Of a stretch of DNA of 53,738 bases, positions 26,558 to 36,686 are shown one piece after another; positions within the stretch are counted from its first letter, which is position 1, and every line of letters begins with the position of its first letter. The translations under genes and the position numbers were made by a program. Source of the stretch: Chitinophaga pinensis (GTDB lineage: Bacteria; Bacteroidota; Bacteroidia; SXHM01); the NCBI GenBank assembly GCA_945861685.1, contig CAMAVO010000001.1, forward strand, positions 1-53,738, in the 5' to 3' direction. The notes beneath the pieces were generated by a model that ran no database searches, was not told where the DNA came from, and saw only the letters and a list, made by a program, of their open reading frames with translations.

Positions 26558-26565
26558 TAAATTTG
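26558..26565 (+). promoter_or_regulatory. -7 box TAAATTTG, 6 nt upstream of the MBL-hydrolase ATG
   Basis: Exact TAnnTTTG match on the plus strand. Confidence 0.45.
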
Positions 26566-26571
26566 CGCCCC

Positions 26572-27207
26572 ATGATTCAAATTTCTTCTTTTGCTTTTAA
26601 TCCTTTTCAGGAAAACACCTATGTTTTGTATGACGAAACAAAAGAGTGTATCATCATTGACCCGGGATGCTATACCCCGCTTGAGCAGGCAGAACTTTCA
26701 ACGTTTATAGAAAATGAAGGACTAAAACCTGTCCGGTTAATCCTTACACATTGTCATATCGACCATATTCTTGGTTGTAAATACATATCTGAACGCTACG
26801 AGTTAGTTTCAGAAGCCAACAAAATTGAAATGCCCGTTTTTGAAAATGCAGAAAGGGCTGCTGCCATTTTTGGTATTCGCCTTGAAAAACCGCCTGTCGC
26901 CGGAAAATTTATTGATGAAAAAGACGTGATAAAATTTGGTAACAGTTCGCTTGAAATTCTTTTTACACCCGGCCATTCGCCCGGCAGTTTGTGTTTTTAT
27001 AACAACGATCAAAAATTTGTAATCGGAGGAGATGTTTTGTTTCACGGAAGCATCGGCAGAACCGACCTTCCCGGTGGAGATTTTGATACGCTTATCAGCA
27101 GTATAAAAGAAAAATTATTTCCACTTGGCGATGATGTTACCGTTTACCCCGGTCACGGCCAAGAAACAACCATTGGCTTTGAAAAAGCAAATAATCCGTT
27201 TTTGTAG
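26572..27207 (+). CDS. MBL-fold metallo-hydrolase (glyoxalase II-like)
   Basis: LTHCHIDH metal motif, TPGHSPGS, GRTD. Start trimmed to MIQISSF. Confidence 0.85.
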   Translation: MIQISSFAFNPFQENTYVLYDETKECIIIDPGCYTPLEQAELSTFIENEGLKPVRLILTHCHIDHILGCKYISERYELVSEANKIEMPVFENAERAAAIFGIRLEKPPVAGKFIDEKDVIKFGNSSLEILFTPGHSPGSLCFYNNDQKFVIGGDVLFHGSIGRTDLPGGDFDTLISSIKEKLFPLGDDVTVYPGHGQETTIGFEKANNPFL

Positions 27208-27283
27208 TGTTAAAAACTTGCTTGTTTGTTCATAATATGTTTATATTTGTCTTATTAAAAATTAAAACAGCCTGAAAACCACC

Positions 27284-28213
27284 ATGATAAAAAGATACAT
27301 TTTTCTGCTTATCATTCTTTTACCAATGTTTTCCCAAGCGCAGCGTTGGAAACGGATGCGTTACGAAATTGTAGCTGCTGCAGGAACTACTAACTTTCTG
27401 GGAGAATTAGGTGGAGCCAACCAGATTGGAACCAATTACTACAAAGATTTGGAGATGGCGGCAACACGTTATGTGCTGAATCTGGGAATGCGTTATAAGC
27501 TTTCCCAATCTACGGCTGTTAAAGTTGGCTTTTCTTACGGAAGACTGAGAGGGGATGATAAGTGGACACAAGAACCATACAGGAACAATCGCAACCTGAA
27601 TTTCAAATCTCCTATAGTTGAACTTTCGGCACAGTATGAATTTTCGTGGATGAAAGAAACCATTGGAAGCCGTTACAAAGTAAGACGTGTTCGTGGTCGC
27701 GGTAAAAAAGGAAGCGATCTTTATGTGTATGGCTTTTTTGGAATCGCAGGATATTATTTCAACCCAAAAGCCCAATACAATGGCACATGGACAGCGCTTG
27801 CCCCTTTAAATACAGAAGGACAAACTTTGGTTTCTACACGCCAAGATTATTCACGCTTTCAGTTTGCTATACCTTTAGGAGTTGGTTTAAAATACAGTTT
27901 GAATAAAACTTCAAGCATTGGCATTGAGTATGGAATTCGTAAAGTTTTCACTGATTATATTGATGACGTAAGTACAACCTATTATGACAAGAATGAACTA
28001 TCTCAGAATTTTGGTGATGCATCAGCTCAATTATCTGATCCGGCATTAACGGGTAATGGCGGAACAGGTGGTGCGCCAGGACCGTTTGGTGGTTGTCAGA
28101 CCTGCGCAGGTCAGCAACGTGGCGACCCACGTGATTTGGATCATTACATGTTTTTCCTGATCACCTACAACTACAAGTTGAAAACCACCAGAAAAGGATT
28201 GCCTAAATTCTAA
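27284..28213 (+). CDS. Outer-membrane beta-barrel protein (DUF6089-like), paralog 1
   Basis: Signal peptide ending SQAQ, alternating beta-strand pattern, C-terminal aromatic residue. Conserved position upstream of uppS-bamA in Bacteroidota. Confidence 0.6.
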   Translation: MIKRYIFLLIILLPMFSQAQRWKRMRYEIVAAAGTTNFLGELGGANQIGTNYYKDLEMAATRYVLNLGMRYKLSQSTAVKVGFSYGRLRGDDKWTQEPYRNNRNLNFKSPIVELSAQYEFSWMKETIGSRYKVRRVRGRGKKGSDLYVYGFFGIAGYYFNPKAQYNGTWTALAPLNTEGQTLVSTRQDYSRFQFAIPLGVGLKYSLNKTSSIGIEYGIRKVFTDYIDDVSTTYYDKNELSQNFGDASAQLSDPALTGNGGTGGAPGPFGGCQTCAGQQRGDPRDLDHYMFFLITYNYKLKTTRKGLPKF

Positions 28214-28249
28214 ATGGTCTGGCTTCATTTTTGCCAAAAAACTCAACCG

Positions 28250-29167
28250 ATGAAAAATTATTTTTTAGCATCTTTTTTTGCGTTGATATTGGCTGCTCCT
28301 GTTTTTGCCCAGAAATCAGAGTTTGGAGTAATGGTGGGAACTTCGTTTTATAACGGAGAGTTGAACCGAAAGAAATTATTTTTCCTTCCCAAACTTGCTT
28401 TTGGAGGTTTTTACCGCCATAATTTCAACGACCATTTTTCGGCTAAATTATGTTTCCTGTATGGTAATGTTGAAGGCAATGATGCCCTGTCTGCAAATGC
28501 AGAACAGATACAACGAAACCTCAGTTTTAAATCTGTAGTTGCAGAATTTTCGGGTCAAATAGAAATTAATTTTCTGCCTTTTGTGGCGGGTGATACAAAA
28601 ACGCGTTTCACCCCCTACATTTTTGGTGGATTCGGAATTTTCAAATTCAACCCTAAGGCTTATGTAGATGCAGGTGACTATGTAATTGATAATACAACAT
28701 ATACAGTTGATAATGGAGGCTGGTATGCCCTAATGCCACTTGGAACAGAAGGACAAGGCACTACAGCTTATCCCGACAGAAAAAAATATTCACTCACAAG
28801 TTTTTCTATTCCGTTTGGTATTGGTTTTAAATTCAACATTGCTAACGGTGTTGGTTTTGGACTAGAATGGGGGATGAGGCCAACTTTTACTGACTATCTG
28901 GATGATGTAAGCGCAACTTATGCAAATCCACTAAATTTGCGTTCAGAATATACCGATGTTGCGGCAGTCCTCTCTGACCGCTCGACTAGCGGAAGCACAG
29001 AACCTAATGTTGGCAGACAGCGCGGAAATTCTACTAATAAAGACTGGTATTCATTTGCGGTTGCAACACTTTCGTACACAATAAAAACCAAACTGCCTAA
29101 GTGTGCTGCTTACAGCAATAAATCGAACAATTATAAGAAATCATCAGAGGGGATACAATCTTACTGA
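28250..29167 (+). CDS. Outer-membrane beta-barrel protein (DUF6089-like), paralog 2
   Basis: Shares FTDY[IL]DDVS, LSD and QRG motifs with the preceding gene. Start trimmed to MKNYFLASFF. Confidence 0.6.
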   Translation: MKNYFLASFFALILAAPVFAQKSEFGVMVGTSFYNGELNRKKLFFLPKLAFGGFYRHNFNDHFSAKLCFLYGNVEGNDALSANAEQIQRNLSFKSVVAEFSGQIEINFLPFVAGDTKTRFTPYIFGGFGIFKFNPKAYVDAGDYVIDNTTYTVDNGGWYALMPLGTEGQGTTAYPDRKKYSLTSFSIPFGIGFKFNIANGVGFGLEWGMRPTFTDYLDDVSATYANPLNLRSEYTDVAAVLSDRSTSGSTEPNVGRQRGNSTNKDWYSFAVATLSYTIKTKLPKCAAYSNKSNNYKKSSEGIQSY

Positions 29168-29291
29168 TTTACTTAACAGCATTCGTTCTTCCCACCATAA
29201 AACATCTACTATCAAACGATAGAAATGTGTTTGCTCAATTTTTTATTCTTTTTGATGTTGTTGATACCCTTTCTGCATAAGCACATTTTGC

Positions 29292-29299
29292 TAACTTTG
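29292..29299 (+). promoter_or_regulatory. -7 box TAACTTTG upstream of uppS
   Basis: Exact TAnnTTTG match, 38 nt before the TTG start. Confidence 0.35.
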
Positions 29300-29336
29300 C
29301 CGTCCTTTAAAAAATCAGAGGATAATAAAGCAAACA

Positions 29337-30083
29337 TTGACCTTCAAAGAGCAGATAGATAAGACCAGGCTACCTAAACACATTGCCATCATTATGGATG
29401 GCAACGGAAGATGGGCAAAAAAGCAGGGAAAGCTTCGCACATTCGGGCATCATAACGGAGTGGATTCTGTTCGCGAAACCACTGAAGCAGCGGCAGAATT
29501 GGGAGTAGAATATCTGACGCTTTATGCATTTTCAACTGAAAACTGGAATCGCCCTAAGTATGAAGTGGATGCGTTGATGACACTTTTGGTAAAAACCATT
29601 AACAAAGAAACCAAAACACTAAATAAGAATAATATCCGTTTGCAGGCTATAGGTGATTTGCAAAGTTTACCAAAAGATTGCTATAAAGAGTTGCACGAAG
29701 CCATAAAAAACACCGAAAAAAACACCCGCATGACTTTGGTGCTCGCTCTAAGTTACAGCTCAAAATGGGAGATAACACAAGCGGTAAAAGATTTGGTAAA
29801 AAATGTTAAATCGGGCAAACTGAAAGAAGAAGACATTAACGAGGAAACGATTAAATCACATCTTTGCACCGCAAAAATGCCAGACCCCGAATTACTTATC
29901 CGCACTAGCGGTGAATACAGAATCAGTAATTTTTTGTTGTGGCAGATAGCGTATTCCGAGTTGTATTTTACCGACAAACTGTGGCCCGAATTCCGAAAAG
30001 AAGATTTTTATGAAGCCATTGTCAATTACCAGCAACGCGAACGCAGGTTTGGAAAAACAAGTGAACAGGTAAGCAAAAAGTAG
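29337..30083 (+). CDS. uppS: Isoprenyl transferase (undecaprenyl diphosphate synthase)
   Basis: [42 protein letters not shown]. Confidence 0.95.
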   Translation: MTFKEQIDKTRLPKHIAIIMDGNGRWAKKQGKLRTFGHHNGVDSVRETTEAAAELGVEYLTLYAFSTENWNRPKYEVDALMTLLVKTINKETKTLNKNNIRLQAIGDLQSLPKDCYKELHEAIKNTEKNTRMTLVLALSYSSKWEITQAVKDLVKNVKSGKLKEEDINEETIKSHLCTAKMPDPELLIRTSGEYRISNFLLWQIAYSELYFTDKLWPEFRKEDFYEAIVNYQQRERRFGKTSEQVSKK

Positions 30084-30097
30084 AAGACAGAAAAAAA

Positions 30098-32695
30098 ATG
30101 AAAATGATTGTGCGGTACTTATTTCTTGTTTCCTGTTTCTTATTTCTTGCTTCAAACTTGCGTGCGCAAGTAGAAATGAATTACGCCAGTCCTAAAGAAT
30201 ATGAAATAGGGGGTATTGAGGTTACCGGAACAAAATATTTAGATAAAAGCGTTCTGAAATTACTTTCCGGTTTAACCGTTGGTGATCGCATTATGGTTCC
30301 GGGCGATCAGGTTTCGAAAGCCATTGAAAACCTTTGGAAACAAGGCCTTTTTTCCGATATCGGTATTAACGCTCAGAAAGTTGTTGGCGACAAAATCTTC
30401 CTTGAATTTGTTTTGCAGGAGCGTCCTCGCCTTTCTGCTTTTCGTTTCACCGGAACACGTAAATCAGAAGAAGATGATATTCGTGAAAAGATAAAACTCA
30501 TCAAAGGAAAAGTTGTGACCGAAGATCTTTTGCTAACCACCAAAAACATTGTAGGCGATTACTATATTGAAAAAGGCTTCCTCAATACCGAAGTAAATAT
30601 TAATGAAGCTCCCGATGCCACACTTCCTAACAATGTGGTGTTAACCATTGGTGTTAATCGTAAAAAGAAGGTAAAAATCAATCAGGTTATTGTTCATGGA
30701 AATGAAAAAATTCAGAGCGGGAAACTGAAACGCACCATGAAGGAAACCAAAGAGAAAAACATCTTTGCGCCTTTCCGAAATCCAGATGTAGCAGCAAAAA
30801 ATATTATTTCTGCCATTGTAAAAAGCGACATGAATGGAGCTATTGATGCTCTTGAATCTCATTTGAACGAAAATGTAAAACTTAACATTTTTAAAACGTC
30901 AAAATTTCTTGATTCAAAATATCGGGATGACAAAACAGCTCTGATCGCAAAATACAATGAACAAGGTTTTCGCGATGCAACAATCGTTCGCGATTCGGTT
31001 TACAAAGTGAATAACAAAGAAATTAACGTTGAGCTTTGGGTAGAAGAAGGACCGAAATATTATTTCCGCAATATTACCTGGACAGGTAATACCAAATATA
31101 CTTCAGAATATTTAGGTAAGGTTTTAGGCATTAAAAAAGGTGATGTTTATAATCAGGCAGCATTGGAGGCTAATCTGCTTATGAACCAGGCCAGCACCGA
31201 TGTGAGCTCACTTTACTTAGATGACGGGTATCTGTTTTTTGATGTGAAGCCTGTTGAAATTCTTGCAGAAAACGACTCGATTGACATTGAAATGCGCATG
31301 CGCGAAGGCAAGCAAGCAAGGATTAACAAAGTAACTGTAATTGGAAATACCAAAACCAACGATCACGTTATTCTTCGCGAAATACGAACTAAACCCGGAA
31401 TGCTATTCAGCCGCAGCGATATTATCCGTTCGCAACGCGAGTTGGCAAATCTTGGGTATTTCAACTCCGAAACATTGGGTGTAAATCCAAAACCAAATCC
31501 TGTTGACGGAACGGTAGACATAGAATACAAAGTAGAAGAAAAGCCTTCTGACCAGATTGAACTTTCAGGCGGTTGGGGAGCAGGTAGAATTGTTGGTACG
31601 CTGGGAGTTACGTTTAACAATTTCTCGATGCGCAACATCTTCAAAAAAGGAGCTTGGCAGCCTCTTCCTGCTGGTGACGGACAAAAGCTGAGTTTGCGCG
31701 TGCAGAGTAATGGATTGTTTTTTCAGTCATACAACGCTTCATTTACTGAGCCTTGGCTAGGAGGTAAAAAACCAAATTCATTAAGTTTCTCAGTATTCCA
31801 CTCGGTACAGAGCAACGGAAAACCAAAAAGTGACATTACCCGTCAGGCAATTTTAATTACCGGTGGAAGTGTTGGTTTTGGAACTCGTTTAAAATGGCCG
31901 GATGACTTTTTTACTGCCTACATTGAGGGAATTTATCAATCCTATCAGCTAAAAAATTATCCGCTTGGAGCCCTTATTAATGGTCAGTATAATAATCTGA
32001 GTTTTAAAGCAACCATTTCGCGTAATTCCATCAGCGACCCTATTTATCCGCAACGCGGCTCAAAAATTACAGCAAGCTTGCAAATGACTCCTCCATGGTC
32101 ATCATTTGGAAGAAACATTGATTATGCCGACCCAGCTTCAAAATACAAGTGGTTAGAGTTTAATAAAATCAAATTCAATTATTCATGGTTCCAGAACTTG
32201 GCAGGAAAGTTGGTAATGAACGTGCGCACCCAGTTTGGTTTTCTAGGTTTGTATAACAGGCAACTTGGTATCACACCGTTTGAACGATTTTATTTAGGAG
32301 GAAGCGGATTGTCCGGCTTCTCGCTTGACGGAAGAGAAATTGTTGCATTGCGCGGTTACGGAGATAATACCTTAACACCAACCAACAACCAAGGTAACTA
32401 TACAGGTGGAACTATTTATAATAAATACTCATTAGAATTGCGTTATCCCGTTTCATTAAACCCTTCGGCAACTATTTTTGGACTTGCCTTTTTAGAAGCA
32501 GGAGATGCATACGACAAGTTTGATAATTTTAATCCTTTTGGCGTGAAAAAATCAGCAGGATTTGGTGTTCGTATATTCCTTCCGATGTTCGGGTTGTTAG
32601 GTCTTGACTGGGGTTACGGCTTTGATGATATTCCGGGAAGACCTGGCTCAAGCGGAAGCAATTTCCACTTCTCAATCGGGCAAACAATCGAATAG
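30098..32695 (+). CDS. bamA: Outer membrane protein assembly factor BamA
   Basis: 865 aa. Signal peptide, POTRA repeats, C-terminal Omp85 barrel (GGSGLSGFSLDGRE, ...FHFSIGQTIE). Confidence 0.9.
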   Translation: MKMIVRYLFLVSCFLFLASNLRAQVEMNYASPKEYEIGGIEVTGTKYLDKSVLKLLSGLTVGDRIMVPGDQVSKAIENLWKQGLFSDIGINAQKVVGDKIFLEFVLQERPRLSAFRFTGTRKSEEDDIREKIKLIKGKVVTEDLLLTTKNIVGDYYIEKGFLNTEVNINEAPDATLPNNVVLTIGVNRKKKVKINQVIVHGNEKIQSGKLKRTMKETKEKNIFAPFRNPDVAAKNIISAIVKSDMNGAIDALESHLNENVKLNIFKTSKFLDSKYRDDKTALIAKYNEQGFRDATIVRDSVYKVNNKEINVELWVEEGPKYYFRNITWTGNTKYTSEYLGKVLGIKKGDVYNQAALEANLLMNQASTDVSSLYLDDGYLFFDVKPVEILAENDSIDIEMRMREGKQARINKVTVIGNTKTNDHVILREIRTKPGMLFSRSDIIRSQRELANLGYFNSETLGVNPKPNPVDGTVDIEYKVEEKPSDQIELSGGWGAGRIVGTLGVTFNNFSMRNIFKKGAWQPLPAGDGQKLSLRVQSNGLFFQSYNASFTEPWLGGKKPNSLSFSVFHSVQSNGKPKSDITRQAILITGGSVGFGTRLKWPDDFFTAYIEGIYQSYQLKNYPLGALINGQYNNLSFKATISRNSISDPIYPQRGSKITASLQMTPPWSSFGRNIDYADPASKYKWLEFNKIKFNYSWFQNLAGKLVMNVRTQFGFLGLYNRQLGITPFERFYLGGSGLSGFSLDGREIVALRGYGDNTLTPTNNQGNYTGGTIYNKYSLELRYPVSLNPSATIFGLAFLEAGDAYDKFDNFNPFGVKKSAGFGVRIFLPMFGLLGLDWGYGFDDIPGRPGSSGSNFHFSIGQTIE

Positions 32696-32721
32696 TTATT
32701 TTTGCAAATAAATTTACAGCT

Positions 32722-33264
32722 ATGAAAAACAATTCAAAAATCCTTGGAACACTGGTAGTTCTTTTATTCAGCGAATTTGCTGCCTCGGCTCAAAAATTCG
32801 CATTTGTTGATACAGAATACATACTGAGCAATTTACCAGACTACACATCAAAACAAAAGCAACTGGATGATATGTCGGTTCAATGGCAAAGTGAAATTGA
32901 GACGATGTATAAAGACATAGATAAAATGTATTCAGATTATCAGGCGGAGGAAATACTTTTACCAGAAGCGGCCCGCAAAAAACGCGAAGCGGAGATAATT
33001 GAGAAAGAAAAAAAGGCAAAAGACCTTCAGAAACAGCGCTTTGGCTTTGAAGGAGACCTGTTTAAAAAGCGTCAGGAAATGATAAAACCTATACAGGATA
33101 AAATATACACGGAAATTAAAAAAATTGCAGACGCAAGAACCTATATGATTATCTTCGATAAATCATCTGGAGCCTCGATGCTGTATACAAATGAGAAGTA
33201 TGACCTGAGCGATGATGTGTTGGAAGCAATGGGCATAACTACTGCAAAGGAAGCTAAAGAATAA
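32722..33264 (+). CDS. ompH: OmpH/Skp-family periplasmic chaperone
   Basis: Signal peptide, KFAFVDTEYIL start and a long charged coiled coil. Canonical position after bamA. Confidence 0.85.
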   Translation: MKNNSKILGTLVVLLFSEFAASAQKFAFVDTEYILSNLPDYTSKQKQLDDMSVQWQSEIETMYKDIDKMYSDYQAEEILLPEAARKKREAEIIEKEKKAKDLQKQRFGFEGDLFKKRQEMIKPIQDKIYTEIKKIADARTYMIIFDKSSGASMLYTNEKYDLSDDVLEAMGITTAKEAKE

Positions 33265-33338
33265 TCGAATCTTTGTAAATCTGCATAGAAAATTATTTTT
33301 ACTTTCGCAGCCCTAACATTAAAACTTAAAAAGAAGCT

Positions 33339-33845
33339 ATGAAAAAGATACTGTTTATTACAATGATTGGAATTTTTGCGGCATGCAGCGCAAATGCACA
33401 ATCAAAGAAATTAGGACACATTAATTCTCAGGAATTGGTAAACCTGATGCCAGAAGCAAAAGCAGCTCAGGACAGCCTTCAGAAATTTGCCGGAGCAGTT
33501 CAGGGCGAATACGAAAGAATGGCAGGAGAATTGAAAAAACTTGCAGAAGATTTTGAAGCTAACAAAGGAGGAATGAGCGAAATCATCCGTCAAAGCAAAA
33601 TCAATGAATTGAATGACAAACAAGGACGTTTAAATGAATTTGAAAAACTTGGCAATCAGGAAGTATCTAAAAAAGAACAAGAACTTTTTAAACCTATTTC
33701 TGACAGAGCTTTAAAGGCTATTGAAGATGTTGCAAAAGAAAAAGGATACCAGTATGTTTTTGATAAAGCGCGCGGAGGCTTACTTTATGCAGGTGAAACG
33801 GATGATGTATTACCATTCGTTAAAACTAAACTAGGACTTAAATAA
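33339..33845 (+). CDS. ompH: OmpH/Skp-family periplasmic chaperone (second copy)
   Basis: Signal peptide, KLGHINSQELV and coiled-coil composition. Confidence 0.85.
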   Translation: MKKILFITMIGIFAACSANAQSKKLGHINSQELVNLMPEAKAAQDSLQKFAGAVQGEYERMAGELKKLAEDFEANKGGMSEIIRQSKINELNDKQGRLNEFEKLGNQEVSKKEQELFKPISDRALKAIEDVAKEKGYQYVFDKARGGLLYAGETDDVLPFVKTKLGLK

Positions 33846-33865
33846 GACTAGTCCTCTAAAACGAC

Positions 33866-33901
33866 AAAAAATCCACCTTGTAAAAACAGGGTGGATTTTT
33901 T
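33866..33901 (+). terminator. Rho-independent terminator
   Basis: aaaaaatccaccttg-taaaaa-cagggtggat followed by a T-run. Confidence 0.7.
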
Positions 33902-33921
33902 ATTTGTAATATAGCCACGCA

Positions 33922-34746
33922 ATGTTGCAGAAACAACCCATAGGAGTTTTTGATTCCGGTTACGGAGGACTTACTGTTTTGAAAGAAATTGTAAAAAAAA
34001 TGCCGGAATACGATTACCTGTATTTAGGGGATAACGCCCGTGCGCCTTATGGAAACCGCTCTTTTGAAACAGTTTACCAATACACACTACAATGCGTTGA
34101 AAAACTATTTGCTATGAATTGCAGTCTGGTGATTATCGCATGCAATACAGCTTCAGCAAAAGCATTGAGGAATATTCAACAGGTTGATTTACCAAAAAAA
34201 CATCCTGATAAAAGAGTATTGGGAGTAATAAGACCCACAACTGAAATTGTAGGAAAATACAGCAAAACAGGTCATGTTGGGGTATTGGGAACAAAAGGAA
34301 CAATAGCGTCAAATTCATATCCGATAGAGATTGAAAAATTCTTTCCAGAACTGAACGTTTACCAGGAGGCTTGTCCCATGTGGGTTCCGTTGGTGGAGAA
34401 TAATGAGATCAACAGCATTGCCGCTGATTATTTTGTGAAACAAAATTTAGATAATCTTTTCGCGAAGAGCGATAAGATTGACACAATAATTCTCGGGTGC
34501 ACACATTATCCTTTGCTTGCAGAAAAGATAAAGAAACATATTCCTGAAAACCTCACACTGCTTTCGCAGGGAGAAATTGTAGCCAAAAGCCTTGCTGATT
34601 ATCTGAAACGCCACCCTGAAATGGAAGCCTGCTGCAGTAAAGGCAGCAGCATTGATTTTTATACATCAGACTCAGAAGAAAATTTTAATGAAGCGGCTTC
34701 AGTCTTTTTCGGTAAGGAAGTAAAATCAAAACATCTGAGTTTTTAA
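33922..34746 (+). CDS. murI: Glutamate racemase
   Basis: GVFDSGYGGLTV, IIACNTAS and LGCTHYP (the two catalytic Cys motifs). Confidence 0.95.
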   Translation: MLQKQPIGVFDSGYGGLTVLKEIVKKMPEYDYLYLGDNARAPYGNRSFETVYQYTLQCVEKLFAMNCSLVIIACNTASAKALRNIQQVDLPKKHPDKRVLGVIRPTTEIVGKYSKTGHVGVLGTKGTIASNSYPIEIEKFFPELNVYQEACPMWVPLVENNEINSIAADYFVKQNLDNLFAKSDKIDTIILGCTHYPLLAEKIKKHIPENLTLLSQGEIVAKSLADYLKRHPEMEACCSKGSSIDFYTSDSEENFNEAASVFFGKEVKSKHLSF

Positions 34747-34838
34747 TCTGGTCGAACAGGGTAAAAAAATCTGTGATTAGTAATATTTAGAGGAGAATTA
34801 CTATTATTGCAGTCCATTCGAGCTATAAAACCAAACCC

Positions 34839-35615
34839 ATGCTAAGAAAAATACTCTTTTTTGCTGTTATTACAGTTGCAATTCCCACACTTGTTAATGC
34901 TCAATCCAACAATGTTGGTATAGGAACAACAACGCCAGAGCCTTCTGCAATGCTAGATATTTCATCTACTTCAAAAGGATTGCTGGTTCCAAGAATGACT
35001 ATTCTTCAGAGAGATTTAATTATTCCTACCACATCATCTTCAGAAGGATTACTGATTTACCAGACGGATGGAACAACTGGTGAACCTAAAGGATTCTATT
35101 ACTGGAGCGCAAGTCTTGCTGATTGGTTGCCATTAAACCAAAACACAGGAAACACCCCTTCCGGATTGATCAGCATGTGGTCAGGACCAATTAACACCAT
35201 CCCAGGTGGTTGGGCTTTGTGCGATGGAGCAAACGGAACTCCTGATTTGAGAAACCGTTTCATTCTTTCTGTTCAAAGTTCTGTAGAAAATCCAGGCGCA
35301 ACAGGAGGAACACACGACCAATCATTGACGATTGCAAACCTTCCTCCACATGATCACAGCATTAACCACACACATACTTTGGCAGATGCGGGACATGTGC
35401 ATGATTTTCCTGTAGTAAATGCAGGATCGGGTACTCCGGGGATACTGAGCACTGCAGTAGGCACCGGTACTTTGCTTACAACAGCACCTTCTTCAACTGA
35501 AACTACGGGAGTAACAGTAAATCAGGCTACCGGAAACAGCGGATTAACAGGCTCAGGAACCACTTTCGATAACAGACCTGCTTTCTATAAATTAGCATTC
35601 ATCATGAAGTTGTAA
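34839..35615 (+). CDS. Secreted phage-tail-collar-domain protein
   Basis: Signal peptide. NNVGIGTTTPEPSAMLDISS...GLLVPRMT head. ISMWSG...IPGGWALCDGANGTPDLRNRF and GGTHDQSLTIANLPPHDH are tail-collar (PF07484-like) motifs. Confidence 0.75.
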   Translation: MLRKILFFAVITVAIPTLVNAQSNNVGIGTTTPEPSAMLDISSTSKGLLVPRMTILQRDLIIPTTSSSEGLLIYQTDGTTGEPKGFYYWSASLADWLPLNQNTGNTPSGLISMWSGPINTIPGGWALCDGANGTPDLRNRFILSVQSSVENPGATGGTHDQSLTIANLPPHDHSINHTHTLADAGHVHDFPVVNAGSGTPGILSTAVGTGTLLTTAPSSTETTGVTVNQATGNSGLTGSGTTFDNRPAFYKLAFIMKL

Positions 35616-35651
35616 TTTCCGCAAAGCAGGAAGCAACTTCTTACAATACAC

Positions 35652-36680
35652 ATGGAATCATTCAAGAGAAGCTACATTTCGCTTGGCGAGTTTATTATTG
35701 AGCGCCAATCAGATTTTAAATATGCGAAAGGCGAACTATCTCGCCTTTTCAGTGCAATAAGTCTTGCAGCCAGAATAATCAACCGCGAAGTAAAACGAGC
35801 AGGATTAAATAACATCCTTGGCGATTTTGGTTCAACCAATGTTCAAGGGGAAGAGGTAAAAAAGTTAGATGTTTTTTCCAATGAGCAATTTATTCATGCG
35901 CTGAAAGAGCGTGGTGAAGTTTGTGCCATTGCATCTGAAGAAAATGAAGGGATGATAGAATTCAACGGTGAGTTTTCTAAAACAGGGAAATACATTGTTG
36001 CTTTTGATCCATTGGATGGTTCATCAAACATCGATGTAAATGTTTCGGTTGGCTCCATCTTTTCAATTTACAGAAAAACAACAGAAGGTGATTGTGCAAC
36101 ACTGGATGATTTTATGCAGGCAGGTGTTGAGCAAGTTGCTGCCGGATATGTAATTTATGGTTCGTCAACTATGCTCGTTTACTCAACAGGAAATGGTGTA
36201 AATGGTTTTACACTTGACCCTTCTATAGGTGCATTTTTCCTTTCGCATCCCAACATGCAAATTCCTAAAACAGGAAAAATCTATTCTATCAACGAAGGTA
36301 ATTACGTTCATTTTCCGCAAGGAGTGAAAGACTATATCAAGTATTGTCAGGTAGAAGATAAGGCTACATCACGCCCTTATTCTTCACGATATATTGGTTC
36401 AGCGGTCGCTGATTTTCACCGCAACATGCTGAAGGGTGGAATTTTTATTTATCCTTCTACATCTAATGCGCCCAAAGGAAAGTTGCGTTTGCTTTATGAG
36501 TGCAATCCACTTGCATTTTTGGTAGAGCAGGCGGGAGGAAAAGCTTCTGATGGTTTCAATCGCATACTGGATATTAAGCCAACATCCTTGCATCAGCGCA
36601 CTCCATTATTCATCGGCTCACCTGATATGGTAGAACAGGCCGAAGCATTTATGCAGAAATACGCAGAAGCTGCGGTTTAA
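35652..36680 (+). CDS. fbp: Fructose-1,6-bisphosphatase class 1
   Basis: [20 protein letters not shown] and [11 protein letters not shown] motifs. Confidence 0.95.
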   Translation: MESFKRSYISLGEFIIERQSDFKYAKGELSRLFSAISLAARIINREVKRAGLNNILGDFGSTNVQGEEVKKLDVFSNEQFIHALKERGEVCAIASEENEGMIEFNGEFSKTGKYIVAFDPLDGSSNIDVNVSVGSIFSIYRKTTEGDCATLDDFMQAGVEQVAAGYVIYGSSTMLVYSTGNGVNGFTLDPSIGAFFLSHPNMQIPKTGKIYSINEGNYVHFPQGVKDYIKYCQVEDKATSRPYSSRYIGSAVADFHRNMLKGGIFIYPSTSNAPKGKLRLLYECNPLAFLVEQAGGKASDGFNRILDIKPTSLHQRTPLFIGSPDMVEQAEAFMQKYAEAAV

Positions 36681-36686
36681 CGCGCT

